From assembly GCA_948434855.1 (NCBI GenBank), contig CAOJFR010000001.1:19629-83628 (forward strand): DNA of 64,000 nt, given 5' to 3'. Made by a program: the position numbers and the translations under genes. Under the pieces are notes generated by a model. That model was given only the letters and a program-made list of their open reading frames with translations, was not told the origin of the DNA and made no database searches. Source of the DNA: an uncultured Clostridia bacterium. Its GTDB lineage: Bacteria > Bacillota > Clostridia > Christensenellales > UBA1242. Shown piece after piece: positions 58,316-64,000 of this stretch (positions are counted from its first letter, which is position 1; each line of letters begins with the position of its first letter).

Positions 58316-59080
58316 ATGAAGATAATTTGCACTAAAATAAAACCAATTTACAGCATAGTCGCACTCACATTTTTAAGCATAGCACTTGCGATAATTGTGT
58401 CTTTTACAAATGCAGGAACGCTTTATTTTGGATACAGTTACAGACTCGTTCCAATTTATTCAGTTGAAACAAGCGAAAAGAAAGTTGCACTCACATTTGA
58501 TGCAGCTTGGGGCTCAGATAAAACGGAAAAAATTGTAAAGATACTAAAAGACGCAGGAGTTGGAGGAACATTTTTCCTTGTAGGCTTTTGGATAGAGGCA
58601 AATGAAGATAAGGTAAAAATGATAAGTGATGCAGGGCTAGACATTGGGAAGCACTCAAGCACACATCCAAAAATGAGCACATTATCTGCTGAAAAAATGA
58701 ATGATGAGCTTTCTTCATCTATGAAGCTTATCACAAACATAACAGGCAAAAAGGTGTCATTTTTCAGACCGCCATTTGGCGATTATAATGATACACTAAT
58801 AAATGTTGCAAGCAACTTAGGGCTAAAAACAATTCAGTGGGATGTAGACACATTAGACTGGAAAGGTATTTCTGCGGGCGAAATTTTAGCAAGAGTAAAA
58901 CAGAGCACAAAAAATGGTTCTATAATACTTTGTCACAACAATTCCGATCACATCTTAGAGGCGCTTCCGTTAATGATTGAATATTTAAAGAGCGAAGGCT
59001 ACAAAATGGTAAAAATATCAGAGCTAGTATATTCAGATAGCTATGTTATTGATGGTAACGGATTACAAAAACAAAAATAA
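58316..59080 (+). CDS. NodB-type polysaccharide deacetylase (PdaB-like)
   Basis: It has an N-terminal TM helix, ALTFDAAWG, TFFLVGFW, HSSTHP and ILCHNN. Confidence 0.75.
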   Translation: MKIICTKIKPIYSIVALTFLSIALAIIVSFTNAGTLYFGYSYRLVPIYSVETSEKKVALTFDAAWGSDKTEKIVKILKDAGVGGTFFLVGFWIEANEDKVKMISDAGLDIGKHSSTHPKMSTLSAEKMNDELSSSMKLITNITGKKVSFFRPPFGDYNDTLINVASNLGLKTIQWDVDTLDWKGISAGEILARVKQSTKNGSIILCHNNSDHILEALPLMIEYLKSEGYKMVKISELVYSDSYVIDGNGLQKQK

Positions 59081-59099
59081 ATAATCAAAGGAATTTTTT

Positions 59100-59771
59100 A
59101 TGAATAGCACTCAGTTTGAAAACAATAATCATGTGATACTAAAGGGAAAAATAAGCAAGCTTCCTGCTTATTCGCATACAGTAATGGGAGAAGGCTTTTT
59201 TGAGATGTTTGTTGATGTTCAAAGATTATCAGATGAGGTAGACACTCTTCCAGTAACAATTTCTGAAAGACTAATAACAGATTTCAAAATCGGTGATGAA
59301 ATAGGAATTGTAGGACAGTTCAGAAGTTATAATAAACAAGACGATACAAAAAGCAAATTAATGCTAACAATATTTGTAAAAGAAATTGTAGACCCAAATG
59401 ATTTGAGTGAAATTAATCAAATATATTTGGTTGGTTATATATGCAAAGAGCCAATCTACAGAACAACTCCGTTCGGGCGTGAAATATGCGATGTGCTTCT
59501 TGCGGTTAATAGAGCATATAATAAAAGCGATTATCTTCCATGTATTGCATGGGGCAGAAATGCAAGATTTGTTCGTGATCTTGGTGTTGGTGAAAAATTA
59601 GAGGTTCAAGGAAGAGTTCAAAGCAGAAAATATCAAAAGAAGATAGATGAAACTCATTCAGAAACAAGAGTTGCGTATGAAATTTCACTTTCAAGCGTAA
59701 TAATAGTTGACAGCAGTGAAAATGTCTATGATTTTGCAGAAGAAGATATAGACATAGCTGAAGCAAAATAA
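59100..59771 (+). CDS. SSB-related protein with two tandem OB-fold-like halves and an acidic tail
   Basis: An internal duplication is visible by eye: NHVILKGKISKLP...VGQFRSYN versus NQIYLVGYICKEP...VQGRVQSRKY. The C-terminus is DFAEEDIDIAEAK. Confidence 0.5.
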   Translation: MNSTQFENNNHVILKGKISKLPAYSHTVMGEGFFEMFVDVQRLSDEVDTLPVTISERLITDFKIGDEIGIVGQFRSYNKQDDTKSKLMLTIFVKEIVDPNDLSEINQIYLVGYICKEPIYRTTPFGREICDVLLAVNRAYNKSDYLPCIAWGRNARFVRDLGVGEKLEVQGRVQSRKYQKKIDETHSETRVAYEISLSSVIIVDSSENVYDFAEEDIDIAEAK

Positions 59772-59782
59772 AAAATATAAAA

Positions 59783-59805
59783 AGACGGAAATGTCCGTCT
59801 TTTTA
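59783..59805 (+). terminator. intrinsic terminator
   Basis: Hairpin agacgga-aatg-tccgtct followed by a T-run. Confidence 0.8.
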
Positions 59806-59828
59806 TTTTGCTTTTATTGTTATTAAAT

Positions 59829-59874
59829 TTATAGAATATTCTATAACACAAGCATAAATATAGCATTTTCTATA
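59829..59874. promoter_or_regulatory. two related palindromic candidate operators upstream of the XRE gene
   Basis: O1 is TTATAGAATATTCTATAA, a perfect 18-bp palindrome at 59829-59846. O2 is TATAGCATTTTCTATA at 59859-59874. Their centres are 29 bp apart, and O2 overlaps a TATAAA -10 candidate. Confidence 0.4.
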
Positions 59875-59897
59875 AACTATTAATAAAGAGGGTAGTT

Positions 59898-60098
59898 ATG
59901 GAGTTTATAGAAATATTGCAAGAGATAATGATTGAAAACAACTTAAATCAAAGCCAGCTTGCAACAATGATTGGCGTAAAGCAATCGCAGGTTAGTGAAT
60001 GGCTAAGTGGAAAAAGCAAGCCAGGTTATGATAACTTAAAGGCAATTTGCTCTGCACTTATGATAAGTGGAGATTATATTTTAGGCTTAGAGAAATAA
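59898..60098 (+). CDS. XRE-family HTH regulator (66 aa)
   Basis: The HTH reads LNQSQLATMIGVKQSQVSEWLSG. An agaggg RBS precedes it. Confidence 0.75.
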   Translation: MEFIEILQEIMIENNLNQSQLATMIGVKQSQVSEWLSGKSKPGYDNLKAICSALMISGDYILGLEK

Positions 60099-60108
60099 AT
60101 TACTTTTG

Positions 60109-60134
60109 ACTTGCAGAATATGCAAGTTTTTTTT
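60109..60134 (+). terminator. intrinsic terminator
   Basis: Hairpin acttgca-gaata-tgcaagt followed by a T-run. Confidence 0.75.
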
Positions 60135-60153
60135 ATATATAAAATTATATACA

Positions 60154-61281
60154 CTACTTATTTTTTAGTTTTTCCATAAGGTCAAAAATAATATAAAAAT
60201 TTTCTCTTTGTTTGCCACAAAGCAAAATTTGATTATTTTCACCATAAACCTTCAAAACATTATTAGGCAAAAGTTCAATGTCAAAAATGTTAGAATAGTC
60301 AAATTTTTCAGTTTTGCCATCATAGCTTAAAACAAAATGGTCAGCAAATATCAAAAGCTCAGCCAAACAAGAAGTTTTTTTATTTAAAGATTCATCGGTA
60401 TATTTAATTATATTTTTATAACCAACAACAAGCTTATTTCCAAAGTCATATTGCATTAAAATAAATTTCTGAAATTCTTTTGCACTATCAAAGCTGTCAA
60501 AGTGTCGGGTAAGGCTCAATTCGCCAGAATCAGAAAGTTCAAAAGCAGTTCCGCAGTTTTCGCATTTAATGCAAGAAATTTCAGAATATAGTGAAAATAA
60601 GTTTTTGCAATGTGGGCAGGCATAAATAATGCTTTCAAGATTTTCTGCAGGTTTTTTGCCTCTCAAAAACAGGGGATATTTGCGAATATAAGTGCTTGCA
60701 GAAGAAGGCATAAAGCCATTAAATTTTTCGTTATATTCAGTATCAGACATATTTCTTGTGCTTGCAGCAGAAAGGCTAAAACGCTGTTCAATTTTGGTTT
60801 CACACTTGTTTTCATATTGGCTCCAAACGGGCTTAATAAAATAAGTGTTAATAAGGCTAAAAAATCTAACTTTTTTTCCAAATTCTTTAATAAAATTGGT
60901 TATGCATTTTGGAATAGCCTCATAATCTCCAAAAACGGTCCTGTGCTTTTCTGGAAAAATAACAAGAGAAATATCATTTTTAAAAAGTTGTTCAATAAGG
61001 TTTTTAAGCTCGTTTGTTTCACTTTCGCCAAGCTCAGAATTATATAATTTTCTAATAACTTCGTCCTTCAAAAACAAGTGAGGCGAAGTTATGCTTAAAG
61101 ACACAAAAAACTTGTCATAGTCAGATGATTTGTTGCAAACAAAAATCTCAGCAAGGTCAGAAGAAACCTGCATCATATTCATAGAATATCGCAGTGAAAA
61201 AATATAATTTTTGGCCTTAGATGCTGGCAATTCAAAGAAGCGTTCATCATAAAACTTTTTGAGATTAATTTTTTTATCCAT
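60154..61281 (-). CDS. putative acyltransferase with PlsC-like motifs and an internal zinc ribbon (tentative)
   Basis: The start was set at the ATG at 61281 (MDKKINLKK...). It has SPHLFLKD (HX4D-like), VIFPEKHRT (FPEGTR-like) and CPHCKN-x13-CIKCENCG. Confidence 0.45.
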   Translation of the reverse strand: MDKKINLKKFYDERFFELPASKAKNYIFSLRYSMNMMQVSSDLAEIFVCNKSSDYDKFFVSLSITSPHLFLKDEVIRKLYNSELGESETNELKNLIEQLFKNDISLVIFPEKHRTVFGDYEAIPKCITNFIKEFGKKVRFFSLINTYFIKPVWSQYENKCETKIEQRFSLSAASTRNMSDTEYNEKFNGFMPSSASTYIRKYPLFLRGKKPAENLESIIYACPHCKNLFSLYSEISCIKCENCGTAFELSDSGELSLTRHFDSFDSAKEFQKFILMQYDFGNKLVVGYKNIIKYTDESLNKKTSCLAELLIFADHFVLSYDGKTEKFDYSNIFDIELLPNNVLKVYGENNQILLCGKQRENFYIIFDLMEKLKNK

Positions 61282-61326
61282 ATCATAATTATAAGTAAAA
61301 AAATTAAAAATATCAATAAAAATTAG

Positions 61327-61355
61327 TTGTGAAAAATAAAATGATATTTTATAAT
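61327..61355 (+). promoter_or_regulatory. candidate promoter of the alpha-oxoamine synthase gene
   Basis: TTGTGA, a 17-nt spacer, then TATAAT (61350-61355). Confidence 0.35.
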
Positions 61356-61386
61356 ATTTTTGGTAGAAATTCAAGGAGAAACTTTA

Positions 61387-62574
61387 ATGGATTTATTTAA
61401 AAAATGTGAAGAATTTACACTTGTTAAAGAAGTAAAAGAAAAAGGAATTTATCCATACTTTCATGTGCTAGAATCAAAGCAAGACACCGTTGTAAACATG
61501 GAAGGTGGCAGAAAGATTATGATTGGCTCAAACAACTATCAAGGCTTAACCAGCGACCCAAGAGTTATTGAGGCTTCAGTTAAGGCAACAGAAGAGTTTG
61601 GAACAGGATGTTCAGGTTCAAGGTTTTTAAACGGAACAACAACTCTTCATAACACGCTAGAAAAAGAGCTTGCCGAGTTTTTAGGTAAAGAAGATTGCGT
61701 TACAATGAGCACAGGTTTTCAAACAAATCTTGGCATAATTTCTGCAATTTGTGGCAGAAAAGACTATATTTTGTGTGATAAAGAAAATCATGCATCAATT
61801 TATGATGCCTGCAAACTTTCATATGCAACAATGGTTCGCTTCAATCACTTAGATTATGTTGATTTAGAGAAAAAGCTTGCTAGCATTCCAGAAGATGCAG
61901 GAATTTTAATTGTAACTGATGGCATTTTTTCAATGACAGGCGACATTTGTGACCTTCCAAAACTTGTTGAGTTAAAAAAGAAATATGGTGCAAGACTTAT
62001 GGTTGATGACGCGCATTGCATGGGCGTAATTGGAAAAACCGGTGCGGGTACTGCAGAATATTTTGGCTTAACAGATGAAGTTGACATAATTTCAGGAACA
62101 TTCTCTAAATCGCTTGCAAGCATTGGTGGATATTGTGCTTGTGACAGGGAAGTAGCAGAGTTTATCAGACACACTTCAAGACCATTTATTTTCAGTGCAT
62201 CAATCACACCAGCTGCGCTTGCAGCAACCTTAGAGGCACTTCATATAATAAGGTCAGAACCAGAAAGGGTTGCACACTTAACCGAAGTTGCAGAATATAT
62301 GAGAGAGTGCCTAAGGGCAAGAAACATAAAATTTGCTGATAGCAAGGCACCAATCATTGCACTTTTCACATACGAGCAGGATATTACTCTTGCAGTGTGC
62401 AAAAGATTGTTTGAAGAGGGCGTTTATGCAAACCCAGTAATGCCACCAGCAACTCCAGCAGGTCAGTGTTTGGTTAGAACAACATATACAGCCACTCACA
62501 AAAAAGAAGAGCTTGAAGAAGCAGCAGATATTATTGCAAAAGTTTTTGCAGAGTTTGGCTTAATTGAAAAATAA
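61387..62574 (+). CDS. PLP-dependent alpha-oxoamine synthase, serine-palmitoyltransferase-like subfamily
   Basis: The ATG at 61387 follows aaggag. The motifs are GSNNYQGL, GSRFLNGT, NHASIYDAC, DDAHCMG, GTFSKSLAS (PLP lysine) and PPATPAG. Confidence 0.75.
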   Translation: MDLFKKCEEFTLVKEVKEKGIYPYFHVLESKQDTVVNMEGGRKIMIGSNNYQGLTSDPRVIEASVKATEEFGTGCSGSRFLNGTTTLHNTLEKELAEFLGKEDCVTMSTGFQTNLGIISAICGRKDYILCDKENHASIYDACKLSYATMVRFNHLDYVDLEKKLASIPEDAGILIVTDGIFSMTGDICDLPKLVELKKKYGARLMVDDAHCMGVIGKTGAGTAEYFGLTDEVDIISGTFSKSLASIGGYCACDREVAEFIRHTSRPFIFSASITPAALAATLEALHIIRSEPERVAHLTEVAEYMRECLRARNIKFADSKAPIIALFTYEQDITLAVCKRLFEEGVYANPVMPPATPAGQCLVRTTYTATHKKEELEEAADIIAKVFAEFGLIEK

Positions 62575-62592
62575 ACCATAAACAAAAGTTAT

Positions 62593-62633
62593 AAAAAAAT
62601 AACATTCAATTAGTTTGAATGTTATTTTTTTTT
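62593..62633. terminator. bidirectional terminator hairpin, copy 1 of a repeated AATAACATTCA stem
   Basis: The sequence is aaaaaaataacattcaa-ttagt-ttgaatgttattttttt. Confidence 0.75.
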
Positions 62634-62738
62634 AATATTAAATTCATCAAAAATTGTTTAAATATTCCGTTTTAAATTAAACTTTCATGCTGAATGGGGC
62701 ACATTTTGTCTGCCCAATGAATCATCACAACAAATTCA

Positions 62739-63029
62739 CTAAAAATTTTTTCTTATAAAATGTGACTTGTTATGAAATTTCCTGCTAATATTTTTTAATT
62801 TATTGTCCTTTTTTATATCTTTTAAAACAAATTTAATAAGTTGTAAGCACTCACATTTGTGATATTCGCTTAGTTCATATAAAATCTTTTCAAAAAGGTC
62901 TTTTTGTTTCTTATTTAAACTGTGTTTAAGACAGCATTCATCAACAATGATTTTAGTATTTTTCATTACGCCATCATAAAACCCATCTTCTTCATAAAAA
63001 CGATAATATAATTCATTTATGTATTTCAT
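62739..63029 (-). CDS. hypothetical protein (96 aa from the ATG at 63029)
   Basis: The ORF is divergent from an XRE gene. Its start is uncertain. No motif was recognised. Confidence 0.4.
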   Translation of the reverse strand: MKYINELYYRFYEEDGFYDGVMKNTKIIVDECCLKHSLNKKQKDLFEKILYELSEYHKCECLQLIKFVLKDIKKDNKLKNISRKFHNKSHFIRKNF

Positions 63030-63032
63030 ATA

Positions 63033-63041
63033 TGTTATAAT
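63033..63041 (+). promoter_or_regulatory. extended -10 element (TGtTATAAT) facing the XRE gene
   Basis: TGTTATAAT lies on the plus strand 58 nt upstream of the ATG at 63099. It overlaps the divergent -10 and has the same core as the 11-bp array unit. Confidence 0.35.
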
Positions 63042-63065
63042 AATCTTACAATAGTAAGAAGTCAA
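63037..63065 (-). promoter_or_regulatory. candidate minus-strand promoter giving a leaderless mRNA
   Basis: Read on the minus strand: TTGACT (63065-63060), a 17-nt spacer, TATTAT (63042-63037), 7 nt, then the ATG (63029). Confidence 0.4.
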
Positions 63066-63098
63066 ATAAAATTCTTACTTTTGTGAGATAATTTTATT

Positions 63099-63311
63099 AT
63101 GAAAATAATAAATGCATTTAGCGAGAATTTAAAAATGCTTAGAGAGGAAAGAAAAATAGGGCAGGTTCAACTTGCAGAAGCCATAGGCGTAAGTAAAGGT
63201 GTTATAAGTTTATGGGAGAATGGACATAGAGAGCCAACGTTAACATCTCTTATAGCCCTTGCGAATTATTTTGATATATCACTAAATGAATTAGTTTCTT
63301 CTGAAGCATAA
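63099..63311 (+). CDS. XRE-family HTH regulator (70 aa)
   Basis: The HTH reads IGQVQLAEAIGVSKGVISLWENGHREP. Confidence 0.75.
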   Translation: MKIINAFSENLKMLREERKIGQVQLAEAIGVSKGVISLWENGHREPTLTSLIALANYFDISLNELVSSEA

Positions 63312-63356
63312 AATAAAAAGCAATAAGTCAAGTTAAAAAAATATTAAAATTAGTTA

Positions 63357-63396
63357 TAAAAAAATAACATTCATTTATTTTGAATGTTATTTTTTT
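63357..63396 (+). terminator. terminator hairpin, copy 2 of the AATAACATTCA stem
   Basis: The sequence is aaaaaaaataacattca-tttattt-tgaatgttatttttt. Its T-run runs straight into the first unit of array 2. Confidence 0.75.
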
Positions 63397-63549
63397 GTTA
63401 TAAACTTGTCATAAAGTTGTTATAAAGTTGTTATAAAGTTGTTATAAAGTTGTTATATTCTTGTTATATTTTTGTTATAAAAATGTTATAAAGATGTTAT
63501 ATTCTTGTTATATTCTTGTTATATTTTTGTTATAAAAATGTTATATAAA
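63396..63549 (+). repeat. tandem array of 14 units with an exact 11-bp period, core TGTYATAWW
   Basis: The TG of successive units falls at 63396, 63407, 63418, 63429, 63440, 63451, 63462, 63473, 63484, 63495, 63506, 63517, 63528 and 63539. It has the same orientation and unit types as the array at 6556-6690. Confidence 0.95.
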
Positions 63550-63553
63550 AGCT

Positions 63554-63817
63554 TTATTCATCGTCATCATCAAGCCCCATAGACTTATAAAAGTCGTCTA
63601 AAGATGGCTCAGCGCCGCTAAGGTCAATTTTATCTATAGGAATTTCCACAAAGCCTTTTTCGTTAGTGTTAAACTCATCAATGCAAGCGCCGCAGTTGTT
63701 GCAAATTTTGGTTGGGTCAAGGTCGCAAAGGTCGCATTCACCGCAATCGTCACACTTTTTAAATTCGTCCAAAACGCACATGCCGTTTTCATCACCATGT
63801 TTATCAAAATTTCTCAT
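63554..63817 (-). CDS. small acidic 8-cysteine protein (87 aa)
   Basis: The ATG at 63817 lies 4 nt after aaggag (aaggagaattttATG). The Cys pattern is symmetric: C-x7-C-x2-C-x2-C-x2-C-x7-C-x2-C-x2-C. The C-terminus is GLDDDDE. Confidence 0.6.
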   Translation of the reverse strand: MRNFDKHGDENGMCVLDEFKKCDDCGECDLCDLDPTKICNNCGACIDEFNTNEKGFVEIPIDKIDLSGAEPSLDDFYKSMGLDDDDE

Positions 63818-64000
63818 AAAATTCTCCTTATACAGCACATTTTAGCATATAGTTAAAAGAATTTCAACAAAAACAATAAATATATCAAAAGTTAGTTAAA
63901 ACGGGAAAATATCAAGGTTTTAAGAGAAAAAATCACACTTGTTTGTAAAAAAACCTGTGTTTTTAGCTTTTTAACTTAAAAGCGACTCAAAATTAAAGAC

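Noticed and set aside
62687-62758. 23-codon ORF (MLNGAHFVCPMNHHNKFTKNFFL) between the terminator hairpin and the minus-strand gene
   Set aside because: It has no RBS, overlaps the 3' end of the opposite-strand ORF, and is too short to support without conservation data.
57773-63311. Prophage or integrative-element remnant suggested by three XRE-family genes within 6 kb
   Set aside because: No integrase, recombinase, tRNA target, direct-repeat boundaries or phage structural genes are visible. The XRE genes are interspersed with ordinary metabolic and sporulation genes.
63554-63817. SCIFF-type (six-Cys-in-45) ribosomal peptide precursor
   Set aside because: The Cys spacing and length do not match the SCIFF GGCGECQTSC-type core as I remember it. 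No radical-SAM maturase gene is adjacent within the window.

Overview
This is an AT-rich chromosomal segment (G+C not computed) from an endospore-forming, low-GC Firmicute that looks Clostridia-like. Sporulation is inferred from the spoIIAA-spoIIAB-sigF operon, a ytxC-like gene, and ylxY/pdaB-like deacetylases. Most of the window is housekeeping synteny. The order is argS(partial)-queH, cmk, a Thr T-box-thrS, infC-rpmI-rplT, a TrmH-family methyltransferase, yebC, ruvCAB-queA-tgt-yajC, secDF-recJ-relA, and rpsO-pnp-ylxY-like-M16. It continues with ftsK, rimO-pgsA-recA-rny, nrnA-fhs, an S1C-type protease, and spoIIA-sigF. The accessory or unusual content is listed here in rough order of interest. 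(1) There are two arrays of strictly 11-bp-phased tandem units (12 and 14 copies, core TGTTATAWW). Each unit looks like an extended -10 promoter box. One array fills the thrS-infC spacer and the other lies 57 kb away, attached to a repeated terminator hairpin. I rate these arrays the most unexplained signal in the window. (2) A soluble FtsK-like paralogue sits directly after ftsK, and its Walker A, Walker B and arginine-finger positions are all replaced. (3) A serine-palmitoyltransferase-like alpha-oxoamine synthase is divergently paired with a zinc-ribbon protein that has PlsC-like acyltransferase motifs. (4) A TetR gene is followed by two giant surface proteins (1538 and 1626 aa), and both the TetR gene and the first giant gene have leaderless-type promoter geometry. 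(5) tgt is interrupted by an in-frame TAA inside a locally scrambled active-site loop, while queA and queH are intact. (6) A zeta-toxin-like two-gene module and a sugar-phosphate isomerase are inserted between yebC and ruvC. (7) Three small XRE regulators have palindromic candidate operators, and there is an 8-Cys acidic miniprotein. All family calls come from motif recognition by eye and from synteny, because no database search was possible. Start codons were chosen by manual inspection of RBSs and terminators.
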